Assembly: GCA_964387565.1 (NCBI GenBank)
Contig: CAYLYN010000004.1
Coordinates: 1-55,653 of the forward strand
DNA length: 55,653 nt
Source: an uncultured Rikenellaceae bacterium
GTDB lineage: Bacteria; Bacteroidota; Bacteroidia; Bacteroidales; VadinHA17
Direction: 5' to 3'
Position 1 is the stretch's first letter. The number at the start of each line of letters is the position of its first letter. Below, one piece after another: positions 34,230 to 44,016 of the stretch. Made by a program: the position numbers and the translations under genes. The notes under the pieces were generated by a model, which saw only the letters and a list, made by a program, of their open reading frames with translations, searched no databases and was not told the DNA's origin.

Positions 34230-36644
34230 CTATTCCGGCAATCTGCCTATATGTAATTCTTTCTGTGATGTTGAAAGATATTCAAAAAGCGGCAGATTTC
34301 GTAACTGGTCAACATCTTTGATTTTATTGACATTGACAAAAACTATATCTCCGTGAGTCTTTCCAAACTCTCCCTTGAAATCATATATGGCTGCCATTAC
34401 TGTGAGCTTACCCTCCTGGATAAGATCCTTATATTTTTTCGTAGCTATATTAACCTGGTAATCGAGGTTTTTCTCAATTATATGTGAGTGCAGCTTATCA
34501 AAATCCTTTATAGCCTGTTCTTTTATTGAAGGCTTCAGAAAATCCAGTTCATGCTTAATGCTATAGCTCTCATCCTCAAATCCTTTAAGATAAGCTTTAA
34601 TGGCACCACAGTCTGAATGACCCAGGAACATCAAGATCTGGGTTTTAAGATGGTAAATCCCATAATCAACAGATCCCTCGGTTGAGAGTATCTGGTTTCC
34701 TATATTCTGAATTGTGAATACCTTATTTGAAGTATCGGGCATCAGTGAATTAAGAGGCACACGTGAATCAGCACAGGTAACGAGGGTTATATATGGTTTC
34801 TGCTCAAAACTGAAGCTGTCGAAATACTCCTTGGGATGGGTCTGTACAAAATAATTGTTCCCCAGTACTATCTGGGTGATTATTTCCGGCGGGAGCAGGG
34901 ACTTTGGTTTTACAGGAGCTTTCTTAATATCAGGCTCTACCTCGCCGATTGCAGCAACCACCATATCATGAAGAGTATCGCGGCGACTTACATGCCCGAG
35001 CAGGTGTTCAATCTCTTCAAGCCTTAACCTGTCACGCACTCCTGAATGTGCTTCAGCTACCTTCAGATCAATACCTTTTGCTGACAGATTTTCGTATAAT
35101 CTTTTAATCAGCCTTGCACCACTGGAGTCAATATGTGCAGATGTACTCAGATCAAAAATTACTGTTTTGATAGGTTTCTCTGATGCCTTTATCTTTTCCC
35201 ATACAACACGGTAAACATAAGCTACATTGAAGTAATAGAGAGGAGCTTCTACCCTGAAAAGAAAAATTTCAGGAATCAGTTCATTATCAGGATGTCTTTT
35301 AATATCAGTGTAACGGTTGGTACCTGGAATCCTGCCAAGGAAAGCGATATGCGGGCTTGACACAGCCCTTATAATAAGTGTCAGCGAAAAAAGTGCAGCG
35401 AAGAGAACTCCTTTGAGAATGCCAAATATAATTACTGCAATAAGAGATGTCATTGCAATAACGAAATCAATCCTGTTCACCTTGTACATCCTCTTCATTT
35501 CCCTGAAGTCGAATAGCCCCTTGATAGCAAAAAGAACTATAGCAGCAAGGATTACCATAGGAAGGTTCTTCAGCAGCCCTGTAAGAAAAAGAAGACACAT
35601 CCCTATTGCTATTGAAGCCACAATCAGGGATACGGGTGTTTTAGCTCCTGCCTTATCATTAACTGCCGATTGAGATAAGCCTCCGCTAACCGGATAACCC
35701 GATCCAATAGAAGTAACCAGATTGGCAACACCCAGCGCAAGCAATTCCTGTCCTGCATCAATATCATATCCGTTTTTCTGGGCAAGGGTTTTGGCAGCAG
35801 AAACACTTTCAATATAAGCCAGCAGAAAACAGGCAAAGGCCAGAGGGATTATATTCATCATATCCCCGATAATATTGTCAGCTTTAAGATCAGGCATCCG
35901 GAAGTCTGGTAAGCCAGCCGGTAATACTCCTACTGTTTTGAAACCCATTGAACCCAGCGGAGTGAAGCTTATTACCAGGATAGATACGATAACAACGACA
36001 ATTGCCACAGGCTTTCCTGGAAAGAGTTTATTACCTATCACAAGAAGTGCAATTGCAGTTATGCCAAATATCAATACAACCAGTTTTGTATCCGATATCT
36101 GGCCCCCAAGTGCCAGAATCCGTGAAATGAATGATTCTCCCCCTCCTGGCACACCAAATAACTTTGGGATCTGGGATAATCCAATCATAATTGCAGCACC
36201 GGCCTTGAAACCAACAAGCACTGTTTCACTTATGAAGTTAATTATGCTGCTTAGGCGCAGTATATATGCAAGTACAGAAATCACAGAAAATACAAGTGCA
36301 GACAATGAGGCGAGGTCAACCCAGCGCTGGACATCTCCGCCTGAAAGATCGGCAAGTGTAACACCTATAAGCATTGAAATAGCAGAAGTAGGACCTATTG
36401 CAAGTTGCCTGCTGGTTCCAAAAAAAGCATAGAAAAGCCCTCCCAGCAGGTATCCGTATATGCCATATTGCGGAGGTAATCCCGCCAGTGTTGCATAGGC
36501 CAGAGATACTGGTATTGCATAAGCTGCGAGGGTGAAACCTGAAACAATATCACTGCCAAGAAGTCCTGCTGAATATTCTGGTATCCAGGTTAATGCAGGA
36601 ATGTACTTCCTTAGCTTTAATTGAATGAAACCGTTAGCATTCAT
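34230..36644 (-). CDS. SulP-family anion transporter fused to STAS and beta-carbonic-anhydrase domains
   Basis: 804 aa. SulP membrane domain, a STAS region (VIFDLSTSAHIDSSGARLIKRL), and C-terminal beta-CA zinc-ligand motifs CADSRV and GHSDCGA. Confidence 0.85.
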   Translation of the reverse strand: MNANGFIQLKLRKYIPALTWIPEYSAGLLGSDIVSGFTLAAYAIPVSLAYATLAGLPPQYGIYGYLLGGLFYAFFGTSRQLAIGPTSAISMLIGVTLADLSGGDVQRWVDLASLSALVFSVISVLAYILRLSSIINFISETVLVGFKAGAAIMIGLSQIPKLFGVPGGGESFISRILALGGQISDTKLVVLIFGITAIALLVIGNKLFPGKPVAIVVVIVSILVISFTPLGSMGFKTVGVLPAGLPDFRMPDLKADNIIGDMMNIIPLAFACFLLAYIESVSAAKTLAQKNGYDIDAGQELLALGVANLVTSIGSGYPVSGGLSQSAVNDKAGAKTPVSLIVASIAIGMCLLFLTGLLKNLPMVILAAIVLFAIKGLFDFREMKRMYKVNRIDFVIAMTSLIAVIIFGILKGVLFAALFSLTLIIRAVSSPHIAFLGRIPGTNRYTDIKRHPDNELIPEIFLFRVEAPLYYFNVAYVYRVVWEKIKASEKPIKTVIFDLSTSAHIDSSGARLIKRLYENLSAKGIDLKVAEAHSGVRDRLRLEEIEHLLGHVSRRDTLHDMVVAAIGEVEPDIKKAPVKPKSLLPPEIITQIVLGNNYFVQTHPKEYFDSFSFEQKPYITLVTCADSRVPLNSLMPDTSNKVFTIQNIGNQILSTEGSVDYGIYHLKTQILMFLGHSDCGAIKAYLKGFEDESYSIKHELDFLKPSIKEQAIKDFDKLHSHIIEKNLDYQVNIATKKYKDLIQEGKLTVMAAIYDFKGEFGKTHGDIVFVNVNKIKDVDQLRNLPLFEYLSTSQKELHIGRLPE

Positions 36645-36838
36645 ATTATGGTAAATTGAATCATCGAGGGCTTATTATGCTAATATATATGAAAAAAGTC
36701 ATATATAATCTATCTGACAGACTGTTCCAGTAGTTTTGGATTATTTATACAGAAGGATATATCAGACTCAAAAATCACTTAAAATATTATATATTGGCAG
36801 AAATAGATAATTTTGAGTCGCAATATAATAAGGTTAAA

Positions 36839-38065
36839 ATGCTGACAAATTATGTTATTCTTGCGCTCTGCGTAATAATTCTGTTGTCATATCTTTTTGA
36901 TATTACCTTCAAATATTCAAAAATCCCCGGAGTAGCAATGCTGATCCTGATGGGCATTGCTCTTCAGCTGGCTGTTAATTACACCGGGATAAGGATTCCG
37001 AATTTAATGCCCACACTTCCGATACTTGGTACTCTAGGTCTTATTCTTATTGTAATGGATGCAGCTCTTGAGATAAAACTCGAAAGAACCAAGGCTAAAT
37101 GCCTGGCAAGGGGGGTTATTTCAGCATTTGTCCTGTTAATATTTTTTGTATCTGTGCTTACACTTTTACTGGTAAATGTCTGGGACAAACCAGTAACTGA
37201 TGCGCTTCTCAATGCAATTCCACTGGGAATTATAAGCAGCGCTGTGGCGATACCCTCTGCAGTACTTCTCGACCGCGACCAGAGAGAATTTATAACTTTT
37301 GAAAGCTCCGTTTCAGACATTATCGGAATACTTGCCTTTGATTTCATTTTATTAAGCGAAGAATCAATTGGGATTAAACTTGTCAGTTTCGGTCTGTCTG
37401 GCCTGATTACCATAATCATAGCAGCAGTAATGACAGCCATCCTGGCAATATTGCTTCACAAAATTCAGTATCATGTAAGTTACATCATCATACTTACCTC
37501 GGTAGTTCTCGTTTATACCCTCGCAAAACTCGTTCATCTGCCGGGACTATTTCTTGTAGTTGTATTCGGACTGGCACTTGCTAATAACAGACTGGTTGAA
37601 AATACTTTCGTAAACAGGTTTGTGCATTTTGAAAAATTCAGGGAGGATATAAATTCATTCAAGAAGATACTTACTGAGCTCACTTTTCTCGTCAGGTCAT
37701 TCTTCTTCATTATGTTCGGATTTTATACCAGTCTTGCAGGTTTTATAAATATCAATAACCTTTTGTTGGCAACCGGAATCACTGCAGCTATTTTTATAAG
37801 CCGCTGGCTTTTCTTCTTGTTACTTATGGGAAATGAAAGCGGTAAGCTGGTATGGTTCGCCCCTCGCGGACTTATAACAATTCTCCTTTTTATAAGTATT
37901 CCTGAATATCACCGGATGGAATTAATAAATGATGAAGTGGTGACACTGGTAATTCTTATGTCGATATTTGTTATGATGCTGGGTAATATTGTATCAAAAC
38001 GCAGTAAACATTTACCGGACGCAAAAACAGAAGAACCTTATGTTGCCGGTTCGTTAAATGACTAA
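36839..38065 (+). CDS. cation:proton antiporter (Na+/H+ exchanger family)
   Basis: About 408 aa from the ATG at 36839 (the ORF track opens at a TTG, 36794). About 11-12 TM segments. General CPA-like composition; weak family call. Confidence 0.6.
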   Translation: MLTNYVILALCVIILLSYLFDITFKYSKIPGVAMLILMGIALQLAVNYTGIRIPNLMPTLPILGTLGLILIVMDAALEIKLERTKAKCLARGVISAFVLLIFFVSVLTLLLVNVWDKPVTDALLNAIPLGIISSAVAIPSAVLLDRDQREFITFESSVSDIIGILAFDFILLSEESIGIKLVSFGLSGLITIIIAAVMTAILAILLHKIQYHVSYIIILTSVVLVYTLAKLVHLPGLFLVVVFGLALANNRLVENTFVNRFVHFEKFREDINSFKKILTELTFLVRSFFFIMFGFYTSLAGFININNLLLATGITAAIFISRWLFFLLLMGNESGKLVWFAPRGLITILLFISIPEYHRMELINDEVVTLVILMSIFVMMLGNIVSKRSKHLPDAKTEEPYVAGSLND

Positions 38066-38080
38066 AAGATCAAAGAATGT

Positions 38081-38587
38081 TCATTTTTGAACCGGAATAT
38101 CAGATCGAAGTTCAGAACCATAAAACTGAAATTCAGTCTGGTCAGCAAAAGCGATATTAATAAAGTAGATCTTCTTCCCTAATTTCTCGAAGCTTCCCTC
38201 GACATATTCTTTCATGATATACGCATTCCGTATCCCTTCCTTTATATGACTTACAAACATCCAGTGGTAAAACTCCGCTTCACTGCTTGTGGTTAAGAAA
38301 CCCGGATTATCCATTTTGACAGCCATTCCCATAAAAAACACTTTTTCCTTTCCTCCAATGTCAATAGTGATGACCAGGCTGTCTTTAACCGGCTTAAAAA
38401 GAATATTCAGGCCCTGATCTGTCCAGTTTTTTAAGACAGTGGAACTGTCATCCTGCAAATAAAAAGCATCATCAATCTTATAATAGCTTGAATTATCTGA
38501 TCCTGATACATTCCCAGCCTGACCTTGTAAGACCGCAGGGATTAATATCAACAGGAACAGCATATTAAACAGGAAGATTTTTCTCAT
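38081..38587 (-). CDS. hypothetical secreted protein
   Basis: 168 aa with a signal peptide (LILIPAVLQGQA). No recognisable family. Confidence 0.45.
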   Translation of the reverse strand: MRKIFLFNMLFLLILIPAVLQGQAGNVSGSDNSSYYKIDDAFYLQDDSSTVLKNWTDQGLNILFKPVKDSLVITIDIGGKEKVFFMGMAVKMDNPGFLTTSSEAEFYHWMFVSHIKEGIRNAYIMKEYVEGSFEKLGKKIYFINIAFADQTEFQFYGSELRSDIPVQK

Positions 38588-38732
38588 TATTAACTAATCT
38601 CATTTACAAGTTTTTCAGGGCAGAAAGATATAGATTATTCAATCAACTATTAACGATTTAAGCATAATTGCCTGTTGATACTGAAAATTTTTTAACTTGT
38701 CAGCATTGTTTACTTTTTTACCTGAGAAAATC

Positions 38733-39497
38733 ATGACAGTTAAATACCCGGAAAGTTTTGCACGGTTTTATGATACAATCTATCACCGTGTAAGAGACTT
38801 CACAGACCATGGATATTTTATGAAAGAAATCATGGATACAGGTGGTAAAATACTTGAGGCCGGGGCAGGGACAGGAAGATTATTTTCAGATGCCCTTGAT
38901 CACGGGTCAGATATCTATGGATTAGATATCAGCGAATCGATGACAAATGTGCTTCTCAGCAAGCTGCCTGAAGAACAGCATTACAGGATATCCCTGCAAA
39001 ATATTGTAAACTTCACTTTCGATTTTAAATTTGACCTGATAATTGCTCCTTTCAGAGTTTTTATGCACCTGCTTTCAAAAGAGGAACAGATCAGTGCACT
39101 TAATAATGTATATAAGCATCTTAATCCGAATGGACGATTTATTTTCGATACCTTCATCCCCGATCTGAACCAGATCATTTCCGGGTTAAGTTACAGGATG
39201 GATTTTGAAGGTGAATATGAGCCTGGAAAAATGATCAGGAGATTTGTCTCCACAAAACCAAGCCTCATTAATCAGATTATCCAGGTAGACTTTCATCTTG
39301 AATGGGAGGAAGGGGAAAAGATGATGGAAGATGACTGGTCGTTACCAATGAGATTCTATTTCAGATACGAGCTGGAGCACCTTGTTGAAAGATCATTGTT
39401 TGAGAAGTATCACATAATTGGTGATTATCATGGCAGTGAATTAAACAACGAGTCAAAGGATTTCATTGTAATCTGTGAGAAGATTATTTCTCCATGA
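38733..39497 (+). CDS. class I SAM-dependent methyltransferase
   Basis: Motif I ILEAGAGTGR, post-I DIYGLDIS, motif II-like region LIIAPF. ATG at 38733 (the ORF track opens at a TTG, 38697). Confidence 0.8.
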   Translation: MTVKYPESFARFYDTIYHRVRDFTDHGYFMKEIMDTGGKILEAGAGTGRLFSDALDHGSDIYGLDISESMTNVLLSKLPEEQHYRISLQNIVNFTFDFKFDLIIAPFRVFMHLLSKEEQISALNNVYKHLNPNGRFIFDTFIPDLNQIISGLSYRMDFEGEYEPGKMIRRFVSTKPSLINQIIQVDFHLEWEEGEKMMEDDWSLPMRFYFRYELEHLVERSLFEKYHIIGDYHGSELNNESKDFIVICEKIISP

Positions 39498-39550
39498 ACT
39501 AGCTCTGCTCACTCCGTGTTTATAAAAAAAATCTGAATAAATTTGGGCTG

Positions 39551-40438
39551 ATGACTAAACTTATGCTACTATCATCTCTTGCCAGCCGGTTCGCGGAAGG
39601 CAATTCGGAATTGCAACAGCTTACCGGCACATGGTTCCTTATAATGCTATCGGCTGTAATTCTCTGTTTTGTTGTGAGTGAAATTACACAGAATTACAGC
39701 CAGGTCGACAAATTGTGGAGTATAATGCCTATAATTTACAGCCTGGTAACCCTTATTTCTTTTCCAACATCCCGGATCCTGTTAATGACTCTTCTTGTTA
39801 CAGCCTGGGGATTAAGGCTGAGCTATAACTTTGGCAGAAAAGGGGGATACAGTATTATACCATGGAAAGGAGAAGAGGATTACAGGTGGAAGATACTCAG
39901 GGAAAATCCGCTTCTTAAAGGAAGGATCAGATTTGGTCTTTTTAATCTCTTTTTCATATCCTTTTACCAGCAAATTCTTATTCTTCTCTTCACGACTCCT
40001 TTGCTTGCTGCGGCAAAATACACCGGCAGCAACCTGAATTTACTTGATCTCCTTGCAGCATCTCTTTTTATGATTTTCCTTTCTGTTGAAGCTGTAGCAG
40101 ATAACCAGCTTTTCAGATTCCACAGCCGGAAAAAACTGGGTCTGAAAGATGGCATCTACAAAGAATCACTTTTAAAAGGATTTATGTCAGAAGGATTATG
40201 GCGTTATTCAAGACATCCAAACTTCGCATCTGAACAGTCGATCTGGTTAAGCTTCTATCTGTTCAGCATTGCTGCTACTGGAAAAGTTTTCAACTGGACT
40301 GTTTCAGGATCGTTACTACTGATACTCCTTTTTGCAGGAAGTACCATAATGACTGAAAAGATTAGCAGCAGTAAATACCCTGAATACAGCAATTACAGGA
40401 AGAAAGTACCCAAATTTTTTCCGGATTTTTCCAGGTAA
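39551..40438 (+). CDS. DUF1295 / steroid-5-alpha-reductase-like membrane protein
   Basis: 295 aa, polytopic. C-terminal signature GLWRYSRHPNFASEQ. Confidence 0.7.
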   Translation: MTKLMLLSSLASRFAEGNSELQQLTGTWFLIMLSAVILCFVVSEITQNYSQVDKLWSIMPIIYSLVTLISFPTSRILLMTLLVTAWGLRLSYNFGRKGGYSIIPWKGEEDYRWKILRENPLLKGRIRFGLFNLFFISFYQQILILLFTTPLLAAAKYTGSNLNLLDLLAASLFMIFLSVEAVADNQLFRFHSRKKLGLKDGIYKESLLKGFMSEGLWRYSRHPNFASEQSIWLSFYLFSIAATGKVFNWTVSGSLLLILLFAGSTIMTEKISSSKYPEYSNYRKKVPKFFPDFSR

Positions 40439-40450
40439 TCATCTGCAGAT

Positions 40451-41668
40451 CTACTCCTTAATTTCCGGCAGCTTTTCAAAATCAGGAACATCAACAAGGT
40501 AAACATTACAATAACCTGTAACATCACTTGTGTAAAGTATACTGGCCCCGTCACTGCTGAAACGAGGATGAGGATGCGATTGCTGAATATTCATTGTTGA
40601 ATTATGTCTGCATAACACTCTCGGACCCTCATATGAAGTTCCATTCCATCTCCATAAACGTATCTCTTTTCCCCCATCACCAACAATAAGATTCATATCG
40701 TTGGAATGAATATGTCCCGTATATTCTGAGAACCTGGTTTCCACCTCTCCTGTATTATCATATTTTATACGACCAAGGAAGGCACTTCCATTGGTCCTTG
40801 CACCATGATACCCAATTGTTTCACCATCAGCATACCAGTATTCATGACCGACCCTCTCACCTTCCTCCTTTCTTGGACGAACTTTCCAGACCTCTTTCGT
40901 TTCAACATTCATGCACCATATTCTGTTATCTACCTTTTCCCAGGGCCCCTCATGGCAGAATGTCAGTAGATCACTCCTTGTCGGGGATGTATTAATATGA
41001 CCGATCCAGTAATCTTCCTCAAAAATAATCTCACTTCCCGAGCCGTCTGTTGCAACTCTGATTATCCTGCTTTTTGGTTTCGCAGCCCATGTCTCTTCAA
41101 AACCTATGTAATTTCTCATAAGGTCCACTTCAAAACGGCCTGACATATCTTCCCAAACTCCAAAATAGACATATTTACCATCTGCTGAACAGTTTGTCAT
41201 TGATATATCCCATTTCGAATCCAGTTCAAGAAGAGTTCTTTCAGCAAGTGTGTTTAAATCAATGGCAATCAGACTAAGGTCATGAAAGAAATATGCTTCT
41301 TCCTTAACAGGATTCCTGCATGCCCGTTGAAATTCTATTTCGCGTGGAAGAGGAACCGGTTCAAGATCTGTAAGTTGTTGAATCTCATAATTTGACATAT
41401 CAACACTGTAAAGGTTGACATGATTATTTCGTGCTGAAGAGAATAGCAGCTTCCTGCCTTCTGCAAACCAACCAGGATTGGTAAAATAGAAATGATTGCT
41501 ATGTCCCTTATAATCTGTTAGTTGTTTAATTTCGACACCAGTGTACCTGTCTTTAATAATTTTCATTTCGGAAGGCCAGATATCTCCTTTTCCTGATCCG
41601 CCTTTATCACAACAAGAATTTAACCCGGTTATGAGTGCAGTCGCCAGTATGGTGTAAAAAAATTTCAT
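40451..41668 (-). CDS. ogl: oligogalacturonate lyase (PL22 family), lipoprotein form
   Basis: 405 aa. Beta-propeller with FCHEGP, GHEYWY, SHPHPRFSSDGASILYTSDVTG, matching Ogl-type lyases. N-terminal lipobox GLNSCC. Confidence 0.75.
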   Translation of the reverse strand: MKFFYTILATALITGLNSCCDKGGSGKGDIWPSEMKIIKDRYTGVEIKQLTDYKGHSNHFYFTNPGWFAEGRKLLFSSARNNHVNLYSVDMSNYEIQQLTDLEPVPLPREIEFQRACRNPVKEEAYFFHDLSLIAIDLNTLAERTLLELDSKWDISMTNCSADGKYVYFGVWEDMSGRFEVDLMRNYIGFEETWAAKPKSRIIRVATDGSGSEIIFEEDYWIGHINTSPTRSDLLTFCHEGPWEKVDNRIWCMNVETKEVWKVRPRKEEGERVGHEYWYADGETIGYHGARTNGSAFLGRIKYDNTGEVETRFSEYTGHIHSNDMNLIVGDGGKEIRLWRWNGTSYEGPRVLCRHNSTMNIQQSHPHPRFSSDGASILYTSDVTGYCNVYLVDVPDFEKLPEIKE

Positions 41669-41698
41669 ATTATAGTTTTTATTGTGATTTTCAAAATC

Positions 41699-42409
41699 CT
41701 AATGACCAAAAGAAAGATACATCACTGCAGCAACAGACGCACCTGTAAGAGGTCCCAGAACTGGAATCCAGGAATATCCCCAATCGCTGTCCCTCTTCCC
41801 TGGTATCGGGAGAAAAAAATGCATTATCCTGGGGCCAAGATCACGAGCCGGATTAATGGCATATCCTGTTGGTCCTCCCAATGAAAGACCTATTCCAAGC
41901 ACCACCAGGGCAACCGGGAGTGCATTCAATGAACCCAGACCTACATCCGGAGCTGCCATATAGAGTACTGCAAGTGCCAGGACATAGGTTCCTATTATTT
42001 CAGTAAGTATATTGAAAACAGTGCTTCTTATGTTTGGTGCAGTACAGAATACTGCCAGCTTCAGATCAGCATCCTGTGTGGCATCAAAATGCTTTTTATA
42101 AGCCAGCCAGGCAAGGAATGATCCGAACATCGCTCCAAGTACCTGTGCACAAATATATAATGGCATCAGCGAGGCTGAAAACTTTCCGGCTATCACCAGG
42201 GCAAGAGTTACAGCAGGATTAAGATGAGCTCCGCTTACAGGAGCAGCCACCAGAACTCCTGTAAAGACACCAATAGCCCACCCGAATGAAATTACTATCC
42301 ACCCGCTGTTATTACCTTTAGTTCCTGTAAGAAGTACATTAGAAACAACTCCGCTACCAAATACAAGGATCATTGCGGTACCAAAAAATTCTGCAAAGAA
42401 AACATTCAT
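41699..42409 (-). CDS. glpF: glycerol uptake facilitator (MIP/aquaglyceroporin)
   Basis: 236 aa with two NPA boxes (HLNPAVT, AINPARD). Confidence 0.92.
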   Translation of the reverse strand: MNVFFAEFFGTAMILVFGSGVVSNVLLTGTKGNNSGWIVISFGWAIGVFTGVLVAAPVSGAHLNPAVTLALVIAGKFSASLMPLYICAQVLGAMFGSFLAWLAYKKHFDATQDADLKLAVFCTAPNIRSTVFNILTEIIGTYVLALAVLYMAAPDVGLGSLNALPVALVVLGIGLSLGGPTGYAINPARDLGPRIMHFFLPIPGKRDSDWGYSWIPVLGPLTGASVAAVMYLSFGH

Positions 42410-42498
42410 AAAGTTTATGGAATTATGTTATAAATTAAATTTTTTTTCATCCTCTTTCAGGCTATATCACTTCAGGAATATCCTGATCATACAATATC

Positions 42499-43989
42499 TT
42501 ATTCTACAGTCCAGGACTGTGTAGTCTTTACTGCCTTTTTCCATCCCGAAATAAGTACCTTTCTATCTTTCTCTTTCATATCGGGGGAAAAGGACTTCTC
42601 TGCTTTCCACTGCTTCTTAATCTCATTAATGCTGCTCCAGAATTTAATAGCCAGTCCGGCAAGGTAGGCTGCTCCGAGTGCAGTTGTTTCTGTGATCTCA
42701 GGACGGATAACTTTTGCCTGAAGAAGATCTGACTGGAACTGCATCAGATGGTCATTAACAGTAGCTCCGCCATCAACACGAAGCTCCCTGATGTCAAGGT
42801 TGGAATCCTTCTGCATTGCCAGAAGTACATCCAGAGTCTGATAGGCTATGCTGTCAAGAGCTGCACAGGCTATATGAGCCGACGTTGTTCCCCTTGTTAT
42901 TCCCACCAGTGTTCCCCGTGCATGCTGATTCCAGTATGGTGCACCCAGACCTGCAAATGCCGGGACAAAATATACACCGGCACTGTCTTTGACCTGAGCA
43001 GCAAGCTTCTCAATATCAGCCGATTTCTTTATTATACCCAGACCATCCCTTAACCATTGAACAACAGCACCGGCAATAAAAATGCTACCTTCAAGAGCAT
43101 AATGAGTCTCATTGCCAATTTTCCAGGCAATTGTTGTTAATAACCTGTTTCTTGAAGTTATTGGTTTCCTGCCAATGTTCATAACCATAAAACAGCCTGT
43201 TCCATATGTGTTCTTTACCATTCCCGGTTCGATACACATCTGACCAAACAGGGCAGCCTGCTGATCTCCTGCTATGCCTGCAACGGGAATCTCAGAATCA
43301 AAAAGTCCGGATGTCTTTCCGTATATCTCACTTGATGATCTGACCTCAGGAAGCATTGATGCCGGAATGTCAAAAATCTTCAGAAGATCATTATCCCATT
43401 TCAGGGTATGAATGTTGAACAGCATTGTTCTTGAGGCATTTGATACGTCAGTAATATGAAGCCTGCCCCCGGTAAGCTTCCAGACCAGCCATGAATCGAT
43501 AGTCCCGAATGCCAGTTCTCCTTTATCGGCAAGTTTACGGGCACCTTTTATATTATCAAGTATCCATTTTACTTTAGTGCCTGAAAAATATGCATCAATA
43601 ATAAGTCCCGTCTTCTTCTGTATTGTTTTGTCATGTCCGGCTTCTTTCATTTTGTCACACAGAACTGCGGTTCGTCTGTCCTGCCAGACTATTGCATTGT
43701 AAACAGGCTTTCCTGTTTTCCTGTTCCACACAACAGTCGTTTCCCTCTGATTTGTTATACCAATGGCTTTAACGGCTGAACTCTTAAGATTTGACTTTTT
43801 TATAACATCGAGAGCAACACCTGACTGAGTTGACCATATCTCTTCCGGATCGTGTTCCACCCATCCCGGTTTTGGAAAGATCTGCGTGAACTCCTTCTGA
43901 GAGGATGCTACTGAATGACCGCTATGGTCAAATATAATAGCCCTTGAACTTGTTGTACCCTGATCGAGAGCAAGTATATATTCTTTCAT
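42499..43989 (-). CDS. glpK: glycerol kinase
   Basis: 496 aa. [28 protein letters not shown], and FGGY-family C-terminal motifs. Confidence 0.95.
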   Translation of the reverse strand: MKEYILALDQGTTSSRAIIFDHSGHSVASSQKEFTQIFPKPGWVEHDPEEIWSTQSGVALDVIKKSNLKSSAVKAIGITNQRETTVVWNRKTGKPVYNAIVWQDRRTAVLCDKMKEAGHDKTIQKKTGLIIDAYFSGTKVKWILDNIKGARKLADKGELAFGTIDSWLVWKLTGGRLHITDVSNASRTMLFNIHTLKWDNDLLKIFDIPASMLPEVRSSSEIYGKTSGLFDSEIPVAGIAGDQQAALFGQMCIEPGMVKNTYGTGCFMVMNIGRKPITSRNRLLTTIAWKIGNETHYALEGSIFIAGAVVQWLRDGLGIIKKSADIEKLAAQVKDSAGVYFVPAFAGLGAPYWNQHARGTLVGITRGTTSAHIACAALDSIAYQTLDVLLAMQKDSNLDIRELRVDGGATVNDHLMQFQSDLLQAKVIRPEITETTALGAAYLAGLAIKFWSSINEIKKQWKAEKSFSPDMKEKDRKVLISGWKKAVKTTQSWTVE

Positions 43990-44016
43990 AATGTATAATT
44001 AGAAGGTATAAAGTAA

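Noticed and set aside
35875-36432. 185-aa plus-strand ORF, plus 35317-35673 (118 aa)
   Set aside because: Both are antisense to the SulP membrane domain. Their compositionally biased translations are considered spurious.
36979-37440. 153-aa minus-strand ORF
   Set aside because: It is antisense to the cation/proton antiporter gene, with no motif support.
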